Shown here one piece after another: positions 24,772 to 32,862 of a stretch of 37,412 nt of DNA. A model generated the notes under the pieces. The model worked only from the letters and a program-made list of their open reading frames with translations, was not told the DNA's origin and did no database searches. Source of the DNA: a virus (lineage: Duplodnaviria > Caudoviricetes); the IMG/VR virus record IMGVR_UViG_3300030397_000219, positions 1 through 37,412 of that record; one strand, given 5' to 3'. The translations under genes and the position numbers were made by a program. Positions within the stretch are counted from its first letter, which is position 1; every line of letters begins with the position of its first letter.

Positions 24772-26163
24772 TTAGGATACGGTGACTGCCTTGAAGTTGT
24801 GGATCACCATGTGGGATTCCGGATAACGAACCTCGAGGCCCGCTTCCGTGAACCATTCGTCCTTGCGACCATCTTCGTCATTGTGCTGTCGATTTTTCAG
24901 TAGCACGGTGTCGCGGTCTTGGAGCGGACGGTAGCGGAGGTTACCGACGTCGATAATCATCATCGTGTACTTCAGCGCCGGGTTCTCCGTGAACAGCGGG
25001 TGGGACTTGAAGTGAAGGATACCGTGTGGGGTTTCCACAGTGGTGACATTCATCCCGTAGGTCGATTCCGCACCCATGTTCTTGTTGACGACAACGTTGT
25101 CCTTGACCAGTTGGTTGATGGTCGATAGTGCACCGGAGCCGCAAAGCACCAGCTTCTCGAAGGACTTGTTGTTGGTTTGACGGAACGCACGTTCAACGTA
25201 GCCGTCCCAGACTGCTTCAGTCATGGTTCCGGATGCGTTGTTGATGATACGTTTGTCATCTTCAGTGTCCAGCGTAAGGGCTGCACCGCCCGGACGGTAT
25301 CCAATGGTGCCGCCTGCTGCACGTTCCCATTCTTCGAGGAACCACATAATGCCGCCCGTGGTACGGGTCGGAACTGTGTCACCCTCCGAGTTGACCGCGT
25401 TGACAATACTGCGTGCGCCGAATAGGAAGGACTGTTCAAGACCGACCATGTGGTCGACCGCGTTGTCCTTTGCCTTCTCCTTGTAAATACCGGTCTTGTC
25501 GAAGTTCGCGGGGATCTTCAACGAAGTGCCAGTGAAGGAGAACCGATCCCGTTGAATCTGAGTGTAGTTCTCAGGGTTGATCGGGATGATAAGGCGACCG
25601 TTTCCGGTGCTGCGGTTACCTTCAGGAGAAGACGAACCAGTGCAGATCACATATGCGTCGACCGGACCAGCCGTGCCACTAGTAGTGGTATTGTTGGTGC
25701 AGATCACGCCAGCGATGGATTCGTGCACTCGAATTTCCATCTTTGTTGCATCGACGATTGCAGTGACGGTGCCCTTGAGCTGAACAGTGCCACCGCCCGT
25801 CTTGGGAAGGTCTTTCAGCCAGACGGTTTGATTCACGCGGAACTGCGAAGAGTCAGCAACTTGAAGTCGCGTAACGTCTGCAGCAGTGTAATCGTGGTCA
25901 GTCGTATAACCAATGTCAAAGCCAGAAGCTGCGAACGGGCTGTTGGTACCCGCAATCAGTTGGGTTCGAATAGCGAGGAAACGCTTTTCAAACCAGCCAA
26001 ATTTCGGGTTGTCAGTTGGCTCTGTACTCATCAAAGACAGTAGACCGGTGAGAGGAGCAGCTCCGTTAGGAAACTCCCTGAACACCCGACGACGGTCATT
26101 CAATGAATAAAAGCCCTTGTCCTCAAACGTCTTACCAGACGTCATTCCTAGGATTCCACTCAT
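24772..26163 (-). CDS. Major capsid protein (HK97 fold, DUF5309/SU10-like)
   Basis: ENYTQI...FSFTGT, EQSFLFG, TTGGI, ETPHG and EAGLEV. Follows the scaffold gene. Confidence 0.88.
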   Translation of the reverse strand: MSGILGMTSGKTFEDKGFYSLNDRRRVFREFPNGAAPLTGLLSLMSTEPTDNPKFGWFEKRFLAIRTQLIAGTNSPFAASGFDIGYTTDHDYTAADVTRLQVADSSQFRVNQTVWLKDLPKTGGGTVQLKGTVTAIVDATKMEIRVHESIAGVICTNNTTTSGTAGPVDAYVICTGSSSPEGNRSTGNGRLIIPINPENYTQIQRDRFSFTGTSLKIPANFDKTGIYKEKAKDNAVDHMVGLEQSFLFGARSIVNAVNSEGDTVPTRTTGGIMWFLEEWERAAGGTIGYRPGGAALTLDTEDDKRIINNASGTMTEAVWDGYVERAFRQTNNKSFEKLVLCGSGALSTINQLVKDNVVVNKNMGAESTYGMNVTTVETPHGILHFKSHPLFTENPALKYTMMIIDVGNLRYRPLQDRDTVLLKNRQHNDEDGRKDEWFTEAGLEVRYPESHMVIHNFKAVTVS

Positions 26164-26191
26164 TTTCTTTTATCGTGTTTGTTGTTTGTGT

Positions 26192-26998
26192 TTAGTCCCA
26201 AATATCAGCCGACCCGCCAGACGATTTGGCACCAGCGCCTTGGCTAGCACCGCCTTGTCCGCCGAATGACGTAACGTTTGGTTGAGTTGCTCCATTTTTC
26301 TTAGCCCGTGATTTTCTAGCGGCAGCCAGTTTAAATTCTGGGTTTGCCGATTGAATGTGTTTCTCTGCCTCCCTTGCCAACGCTTCGAAGGATTCTTGTT
26401 CGTTCCCAAACTGCTTCCCACTCTCTTGGAGTTGTTTGGAAATTAGTGGCAGAAGTGCTTTGAAGGGACGAAGTTGTTCGTAGGATTTAAAGAAACGTTC
26501 TTGCGCCATTTCCTGTTGCTGTTGCTGTGCAAACTGCACAGCAGGGCCGAACTGCCTCATCATTTCTTGTTGAACCATTTGCGTCATATAGTACGCGTAG
26601 GTCTGAGCCTGTTTCATTTGGCTTGCGTGGCTGCTGTTAAGCAGTGCTACGATCGCCGTTTTGTCAGGCTCTTCGGCCTTCAACTCTTGGATAAGTGCGT
26701 CCGCATAATCTTCGTTATACGAGAACTCGTGAAGCTTTTCCTTGATTTGTTCTTCGGTCAGTGGTTGTTGCTGTTGTGGCTGACTGGCTTGATGCTGTGC
26801 CATGCCGCGGGCAACTGCCTCTGCGATTGCGTTAGGATCGGGCGACGCCTGTTGTTGCTTCTGGTGACCTTCACCTTCATCAGGGTTGGTCCTGCCTTCG
26901 CCTTCGTTACCCTGACCGTCATCGATACCAGCACCTGCCGCGCCGTCATCCAACCCAGTATCAAAGACGCTATCGTCTACTTGTTCGTCAGTTTCCAT
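26192..26998 (-). CDS. Capsid scaffolding protein
   Basis: Acidic disordered N-terminus and Q-rich coiled coil, directly upstream of the capsid gene. Start reassigned to ATG 26998. Confidence 0.7.
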   Translation of the reverse strand: METDEQVDDSVFDTGLDDGAAGAGIDDGQGNEGEGRTNPDEGEGHQKQQQASPDPNAIAEAVARGMAQHQASQPQQQQPLTEEQIKEKLHEFSYNEDYADALIQELKAEEPDKTAIVALLNSSHASQMKQAQTYAYYMTQMVQQEMMRQFGPAVQFAQQQQQEMAQERFFKSYEQLRPFKALLPLISKQLQESGKQFGNEQESFEALAREAEKHIQSANPEFKLAAARKSRAKKNGATQPNVTSFGGQGGASQGAGAKSSGGSADIWD

Positions 26999-27308
26999 CG
27001 TTCGTTTGTTGTTCGTGTTTGTGTTTATACTCTTCGATTGACTGCTCCGCCTTGTCAAACCATGACTCGAAACGCTCAATGAAGTTTGCTTCACCGATAG
27101 CTTGCTCTCGCACTTTATCTTGGTGAACGTCTGCTGGAATCTCTTTCTTCACCATTCGCATCAGCGCACGTTCTTCCGCGTCAAGGTCGATTCGAAGTAA
27201 GTGATAGAGTTTTGACTCCTTAAACTCTTTAAGTTCTTGTAAAAGTGGTTCAATGTCGGACAAATTAAGCCCAACCTCACCTGGCCCGTCTCCTAAGTTA
27301 CTAAACAT
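26988..27308 (-). CDS. Hypothetical protein (106 aa) between portal and scaffold
   Basis: Helical ORF overlapping both neighbours. Confidence 0.65.
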   Translation of the reverse strand: MFSNLGDGPGEVGLNLSDIEPLLQELKEFKESKLYHLLRIDLDAEERALMRMVKKEIPADVHQDKVREQAIGEANFIERFESWFDKAEQSIEEYKHKHEQQTNDGN

Positions 27309-29151
27309 TTTGTGCTCCTTGTTGCTGTTGTTGTAGGATTTGCTGCATCACTGCATTAGTAATTTGTTCCTCCTGCGAAGGCTGGAACCGTTTGATATTA
27401 CCCACGCCGCGAAGCAGGTAAATCTCTTCCAGAAGTTTGTTTGGATCCAATCCAAACTGAACGGCCGCTTGCGGGTTGGAAAGCAGCACACCAAGAAGTT
27501 CCTGCAGGGACTGTGCCATGAATTGCTTCTCACTTGGCAGCGTTCCTTCAAAGACAAAGTAGTCAGTGTTACCGATTAGCTCTGCCGGACTGCCGTGATA
27601 ACTTTCGTATCGTTCTGCGTTCTCTTGCCCAAATACTTTTGTAAACCTTTCTTGGCTGAGGTATTGCCGCTGGTTACTGATCATCTTTGTCCCTGTCGGA
27701 ACGTAGGCACCAATGAAACCAAGCTTAATGATAGTAACCAAGCGACTTGAACCTCCTTGCGTAACCGCACGTGATTCTGTAGCTGACCGCCGCCCGGTAT
27801 AGTATTGACCGAGTGCATTGTCAGTAATGCCAGTAACTGATTGTGCGATCCCAGTCAGCACAGAAGCGTCATCCATGTGCCGCGTAGTAGAGTCTGTCAC
27901 ACTAAGCTGTTTAATATACCGATCCAAGCCTGCCCGAGCAGAGCCGCGTTGCAGTTTGATCACACGACTTCTGTTCTCCAATGACTTCATATCGACTACA
28001 GCCGGATCCACCACAAGTTGGTTGTCCAGTGTCCGCTTAACACTTGCCACTCGGGAATTAATAAACCAGTCAACACTACCCTGCAACTTGTCAATAAGTT
28101 CTGACAACGATTGGTTCATTAAGTGATGCTGATCTGGAGTCATCTGACCAGCCTCGTAGCCAAAACTATTGTGATAAACAGTCATTGGCTCAGCCTTAAT
28201 GACGCGCATGTCGTTAACGTACCAGACCAAGTAAAGCACCGGAAACTCTTCCTCACCAAGCGCAACCCCGTCGTCGTCCTTGAACTTAGACGGAGTCAGC
28301 CAAACTTGACACTCGGTGACGCAGAACATGTTCTTGTCACTCTCTGGTTCGTCCAAGTTAATGTTATTGAAGCGAGATTTGCCGTCTGTTCGCTTCTGTA
28401 ACTGATCACCACTAAACGCTTCGATGTGCTTGACTCCTGCAACTACTCCAGCAGACTCCATTTTCTCTAGTGAAGTCCTAGAATACTCATCCTCGCTGGC
28501 ACAAAACTCTCCTTCTTGAAATCTAGTCAATGGCAGCCTGCAGTCTGGGAAGAACCGATACGGACTAACAGCAACCACCTTGTTGCCTTCGAACACTGTA
28601 TGTTCCTGATACGTTGCAACCTCTTCTCCATCCAGTTCAGTCCCGTTGTAGTCTTCAGTCTTTGTCTCATTGACAAGAACTTTTGCTGTAGTCTTTTCCC
28701 AACCATGCTTAAACACTCCAATGCCGAATCGTGCAATATCCAACCAGAACTGAAATTCTTGCAACTCAAACTGGTTATGCCTCAGGTCAACCTCCAGCCC
28801 CTTCTCAACCAACTCACGCAGGTCTGCATCTTCAATGTCAGTTGGCTCCAGCTCAAACAGCCGCGGCCGCTGGTGCAAGACCATAAAGACGAAAGCAATA
28901 AACGTATTGATCTGGGCAGTAGTCAATGGCACGGTCATTTTAACTGGCTCATTATGCTTTGCCGCATCTTTGTCCACCCGATCTGGGTCACGCTCCGCAC
29001 GGTAAACTTTATCCCTTCTGTCCCATTCCGCATAATGCTTGGACATGACTGCACGGGATCCGTCTACTAGTCCACGACAGTGCCCCAACAACTTCTGCAC
29101 CATCGGAGAAGGTTCTTTTTGAGAGAGTTTGTCTTTAATTTCTTCAATCAT
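27301..29151 (-). CDS. Portal protein
   Basis: Follows terminase. RFGIGVFK, VSPYRFFPD, TGITDNALG, SATE and a Q-rich tail. Start reassigned to ATG 29151. Confidence 0.85.
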   Translation of the reverse strand: MIEEIKDKLSQKEPSPMVQKLLGHCRGLVDGSRAVMSKHYAEWDRRDKVYRAERDPDRVDKDAAKHNEPVKMTVPLTTAQINTFIAFVFMVLHQRPRLFELEPTDIEDADLRELVEKGLEVDLRHNQFELQEFQFWLDIARFGIGVFKHGWEKTTAKVLVNETKTEDYNGTELDGEEVATYQEHTVFEGNKVVAVSPYRFFPDCRLPLTRFQEGEFCASEDEYSRTSLEKMESAGVVAGVKHIEAFSGDQLQKRTDGKSRFNNINLDEPESDKNMFCVTECQVWLTPSKFKDDDGVALGEEEFPVLYLVWYVNDMRVIKAEPMTVYHNSFGYEAGQMTPDQHHLMNQSLSELIDKLQGSVDWFINSRVASVKRTLDNQLVVDPAVVDMKSLENRSRVIKLQRGSARAGLDRYIKQLSVTDSTTRHMDDASVLTGIAQSVTGITDNALGQYYTGRRSATESRAVTQGGSSRLVTIIKLGFIGAYVPTGTKMISNQRQYLSQERFTKVFGQENAERYESYHGSPAELIGNTDYFVFEGTLPSEKQFMAQSLQELLGVLLSNPQAAVQFGLDPNKLLEEIYLLRGVGNIKRFQPSQEEQITNAVMQQILQQQQQGAQNV

Positions 29152-30694
29152 AAACGTAAGATGAATCAATATCACCAATCTCCGCTTGCGGAAAATGATC
29201 CGGCGAACCGTCCTGTCGTGGTACAAAGTCAAGTCCGTGCACAACCAAACGATAAAGGTTCTCCATCATATGGTCGTCTTTGTCTACTGGCTTGTTTAAC
29301 CTCTTCGAATCCCACTCATACCGATCGAACTCATAAAGCGTCTCATACAAGTCATCACAGAATTGCATCTTTCGATGTCCTTCCCGCATACACTCACCAA
29401 GCGCAGCATTCGTCTCCACAATGCCTCTTGCCAAGTCCTTGCTGGCCTTCTCCAGAAACACTCCGTACAATGCCAACTCGTCAGCATACGTAGTTCCTGT
29501 AATCGGATTTTCGATAAACCCTGCCGGGTCCATAATAGCGCTATGTACGTGACAACCTTCCGTCACCTCCAGAATAGCCCTAGCCAACTCCTTTGGATCC
29601 TGCCGTTTGAAATACTCCGCAAAGAACATTACCTCTCCGGTCGGCGCTGTTGCGGCAAACAGAACTGCATCCGGTGTTCGTGGGTGTGGATCAATAGCAT
29701 ACCGCACAGTGTATTCGTGTGGTGGCTTATGCTTAGTTTCCCAGCCCTTCGGCACTTCATGATAAATATTCTGTGTCCGGTCAAATCTGCTATAAACCAG
29801 CCCGCCAAGCACCAACGGATTACCGTAAAGCCTGCACTCACGCTCTTCCTTGGTCAGTTCCCCTTCGAACTCTGCAATTGCAGTCTGATCTAAGAACGTA
29901 TTGTCATAGGTCGAACCAATGATGACGTAACGTTCTGACTTATCCTTTGGACTGAACTTCGTACCGTCCTTCTCGTCTACCACAACATGTCGATGCGGCA
30001 AAAAGAAATCTGTGATCCACGGCTCGTTCAATGGAGTACAAAGAAACCACGCACTACCCTTCGAGTCAGTCAGACCGCGCAGATATGCCTTCCACATGGC
30101 CTCCGGAATTGGTTCGTCCACATGGACGTAATCCCAATTACTGGACTCATGGGCCATTGGGTTTTGCATGAAGGACTTAACTGTATGCAAATGAATCACC
30201 GAAATACCGCCCCACTTACTTTTGATCTTAATGACACTGATGTCGCCGCTATTAGTCTTCTCAACGCCAGCAAACGCATCCTTCGGAATCCACTGGAACA
30301 GCTTGCCCAAATTACCCTTATCCTGGTTTGTGAAAATCTCCTTCGCCTTACTCCAATCATAAATCAGAATAACGCCTTTGGTCGCACGCTTCGGAATACC
30401 CACTCCCCTTCTCTTATCACCTTCCTTATACCACGGCCGTTCTCCCAAAGCCCACGCAACATCCTCCGCCGCACCGCACTGACTCTTACCCCACCTGTTC
30501 CCCGTTCGCACAAACCTCCACCGCACGTCTCCGTTCGCATGAAACAAGTCCTGTTTCCTGTGCGGCTCATAGAACAGCAACGCGTTAGATTGCTTCAGTC
30601 TCTCCTGAGCCTCCAACTTTTTCTTCAGCCGCTTCAACTCCAGATTGGCTGCAATCTGCTCGGCGTGAGAAAGTTCTGTAATTTCCGCTTCCAC
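29144..30694 (-). CDS. terL: Terminase large subunit
   Basis: Walker A GNRWGKS, Walker B VHVDEP, coupling motif LCTP, and nuclease motifs AIDPHP and DDHMMENLYR. Confidence 0.92.
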   Translation of the reverse strand: MEAEITELSHAEQIAANLELKRLKKKLEAQERLKQSNALLFYEPHRKQDLFHANGDVRWRFVRTGNRWGKSQCGAAEDVAWALGERPWYKEGDKRRGVGIPKRATKGVILIYDWSKAKEIFTNQDKGNLGKLFQWIPKDAFAGVEKTNSGDISVIKIKSKWGGISVIHLHTVKSFMQNPMAHESSNWDYVHVDEPIPEAMWKAYLRGLTDSKGSAWFLCTPLNEPWITDFFLPHRHVVVDEKDGTKFSPKDKSERYVIIGSTYDNTFLDQTAIAEFEGELTKEERECRLYGNPLVLGGLVYSRFDRTQNIYHEVPKGWETKHKPPHEYTVRYAIDPHPRTPDAVLFAATAPTGEVMFFAEYFKRQDPKELARAILEVTEGCHVHSAIMDPAGFIENPITGTTYADELALYGVFLEKASKDLARGIVETNAALGECMREGHRKMQFCDDLYETLYEFDRYEWDSKRLNKPVDKDDHMMENLYRLVVHGLDFVPRQDGSPDHFPQAEIGDIDSSYVYD

Positions 30695-30696
30695 GA

Positions 30697-30711
30697 ATTT
30701 AATAATTTAAT
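30697..30711. repeat. ATTWAATWATTWAAT motif, copy 7
   Basis: ATTTAATAATTTAAT, 2 nt upstream of the terL GTG start. Confidence 0.9.
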
Positions 30712-30778
30712 CGCACTGCCACCGACTCCCACTGCGGAGCATTGCAAGTGACGGGCAGAGCCGGCAGCAGTACGAGGT

Positions 30779-31387
30779 TTAAGAGTGCCGTTTGATTCGA
30801 TCTTCGATACGTTTGATTTCTTGTTGAAGTTGTTCGGCTTCCTCTTTCGGGTCGGTCGGGGAGGGGAGACGGTTTTTGAGGGTAATCTTGTCTGCTGAGA
30901 GAGGCTTACCTAGGGCGCGGTCTAGGAGTTCGGTAGCGGCACGGAGTTTAATTGAAGGAGAAGAAGTCTCGGAGTCACGAAGGCGGACGAGTTCGAAGAT
31001 GGAGTCAAGTACGGTTGTTTGGAGGACGTTTTCGACAACAGTTTCGTGATTATCGTCAGACAGCTCGTTGATGTACTCCATCGTCAAGGGCTGACGAATG
31101 AGGATTTTGATTTCTGCCTCTTCGCGGTGGAGAATCTTAGCGATGTCAGACGGAGCGTTACCTTGTGAGATAAGGGCTGCGACGGTGCGGCAGAGGTCCT
31201 TGACTGTGGTTGGCTGGATTACATTGGTTGTCCCTTCGCTCGACGCATTAAGCACTTCCACGTCCTCTGCCAGCGGCACTTTACGTTTTTGTAGCGCCGA
31301 CATAGCTTCAGGCGAAAGAGCTGACTCTTGCGCTGGTACTGTGTCTGCATCTTTTTGTGCAAGAAGTGTTAACATTCGTGAGGTCAT
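30779..31387 (-). CDS. Putative terminase small subunit
   Basis: Upstream of terL. HTH-like GNAPSDIAKILH and LRAATELLDRALGKP. Confidence 0.6.
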   Translation of the reverse strand: MTSRMLTLLAQKDADTVPAQESALSPEAMSALQKRKVPLAEDVEVLNASSEGTTNVIQPTTVKDLCRTVAALISQGNAPSDIAKILHREEAEIKILIRQPLTMEYINELSDDNHETVVENVLQTTVLDSIFELVRLRDSETSSPSIKLRAATELLDRALGKPLSADKITLKNRLPSPTDPKEEAEQLQQEIKRIEDRIKRHS

Positions 31388-31629
31388 TCTGTCCGATTTT
31401 TGATGGTAGCTTCTAAGCTGATTAACGCTTTTTCAAGGTTGTTAGTTGCTTCTTTATGCGACTCAGTTGCGGCAATCATACGATCGACTTGTTTGTCATG
31501 AATGTCTGACCAGATTCTTCGTTCTTCCTTATGTTCGCCCATAAGGAATACAATAAACCAACCTAAGGCACAACAAACAACTACAGGAAACCCGAACTGT
31601 TTGAGCAAGTTAACCCAGTCTACTCTCAT
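31384..31629 (-). CDS. Putative holin (81 aa)
   Basis: LLKQFGFPVVVCCALGWFIVFL transmembrane segment followed by a coiled coil, next to the endolysin. Start reassigned to ATG 31629. Confidence 0.65.
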   Translation of the reverse strand: MRVDWVNLLKQFGFPVVVCCALGWFIVFLMGEHKEERRIWSDIHDKQVDRMIAATESHKEATNNLEKALISLEATIKNRTE

Positions 31630-31633
31630 GCCA

Positions 31634-32086
31634 TTAGTTCCTTCCCCAGCTTGCATTGTATCCACGAGTATCGATATGTGTGAATGTTTTGTAGCGACCA
31701 ATACCGCCTACGAATTTTCCAGCGCGACGAAGTTTGTAAAGATAGTCTGCGACGCGACGAGGTGAAACTCCAGCAACTTTAATATCTAAAGCATTAAATT
31801 GCATATGAAGTGATTTAGACGCGGCACCTTTGCCAATTGCACGGTTGTATTCCGGCGACCGGTAAGAAGATGTTATAGTAACTGGACGACCAAAATAGTC
31901 ACGCACGTCATCCACAATCCGAAGCGTCGGGACGATGTTAGTCCAGAGACTCTTTGGCGGAGGCGAGTTACGGACGCCTCGACGGAAGACTTTGAAGTAG
32001 TTTGTAAACTCATGTGCCTTGAAGTTACGGAACTTTTGCCTGCGGAACCACTGTCCGAAGGTGTCATTTTTGCGAGGACGTCTCAT
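31634..32086 (-). CDS. Endolysin, peptidase M15A family
   Basis: SSYRSPEYNRAIG, SLHMQFNALDI (H and D) and FTHIDTRG (H) zinc ligands. Confidence 0.9.
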   Translation of the reverse strand: MRRPRKNDTFGQWFRRQKFRNFKAHEFTNYFKVFRRGVRNSPPPKSLWTNIVPTLRIVDDVRDYFGRPVTITSSYRSPEYNRAIGKGAASKSLHMQFNALDIKVAGVSPRRVADYLYKLRRAGKFVGGIGRYKTFTHIDTRGYNASWGRN

Positions 32087-32459
32087 TTTCTGCGTGGCTT
32101 AGTTTTGCTTTAATGAAGGTTTTTTCCGGATCAATATACACTGGATGCCAGTTTTTAAGGTCAGTTGAAACCTCAATCACGAGACGAAGGGGCGGAATGT
32201 ATTGTGGTTGTGACAGTTGCAATGAATCGCTTGGGAAACTCTCAACCCCTAGCTGATTCACTGCGGTCACATATACTGCATCGCCCACTTCGCCTGTGAT
32301 TACGGCCTCCGTGTCGTTGGTAGCGGAGTGAAACTCGTTGTTGTGGTAAACTTTGTATTGGGTGACGTTCTCGCGAGGCGGATTAGCGTCCCATGTAATT
32401 TCAAAGACGGCAGCAGTTAGCATACCTGCCATCATCATCCAGTACAAGATTGTTTTCAT
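32064..32459 (-). CDS. Exported fibronectin-III-like protein (131 aa)
   Basis: Signal-peptide-like N-terminus and ITWDANP...YKVY...VTAVNQLGVES pattern. Confidence 0.65.
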   Translation of the reverse strand: MKTILYWMMMAGMLTAAVFEITWDANPPRENVTQYKVYHNNEFHSATNDTEAVITGEVGDAVYVTAVNQLGVESFPSDSLQLSQPQYIPPLRLVIEVSTDLKNWHPVYIDPEKTFIKAKLSHAENETSSQK

Positions 32460-32623
32460 TTTGAAGGGGTTATGGTGATGGTTGTAGTGTGGCCGTGTTT
32501 GGAAGAGTAAGTGCCTCCGATGGTTACACCAGTTTCGGGATCGGTATATCCGTATTGGAAGTTGGACACAGCGCAGGTGGTGACGAAGAGGAAGACAAGA
32601 AGTGGGATGCGAGAAAGTTTCAT
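32456..32623 (-). CDS. Small putative lipoprotein (55 aa), absent from the ORF track
   Basis: MKLSRIPLLVFLFVTTCAVSNFQYGYTDPETGVTIGGTYSSKHGHTTTITITPSK, with ATGA overlaps at both ends. Confidence 0.7.
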   Translation of the reverse strand: MKLSRIPLLVFLFVTTCAVSNFQYGYTDPETGVTIGGTYSSKHGHTTTITITPSK

Positions 32624-32862
32624 GGTTGTGTCAGTTTTTTGATTTCGTCAAGCTCTTTGAGAACTTCCTTTTGTTTTTGAAGTGCTGGAGCGCCTACGAA
32701 GATCATGACACAGAGGATGATCCACGTTCCCCAGGCGCCGATAACGAGGTCGGGTTGGAAAGCGGTTGTGGTGGATTCGTCGTATTTGTCTTGGAACTCA
32801 GCGATGGTGAGTTGGAGCGGAGTTACAATGCCTGCGAGTGCGGCGAGGATTAGCGGTTTCAT
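32620..32862 (-). CDS. Small membrane protein (80 aa)
   Basis: Hydrophobic N-terminus, a second TM segment and a charged tail. Coupled to both neighbours. Confidence 0.65.
   Translation of the reverse strand: MKPLILAALAGIVTPLQLTIAEFQDKYDESTTTAFQPDLVIGAWGTWIILCVMIFVGAPALQKQKEVLKELDEIKKLTQP

Noticed and set aside
22153-30751. Long + strand ORFs opposite structural genes (22153-22839, 25450-26043, 26474-27082, 29987-30751)
   Set aside because: Antisense shadows of well-supported genes, with no motifs of their own.
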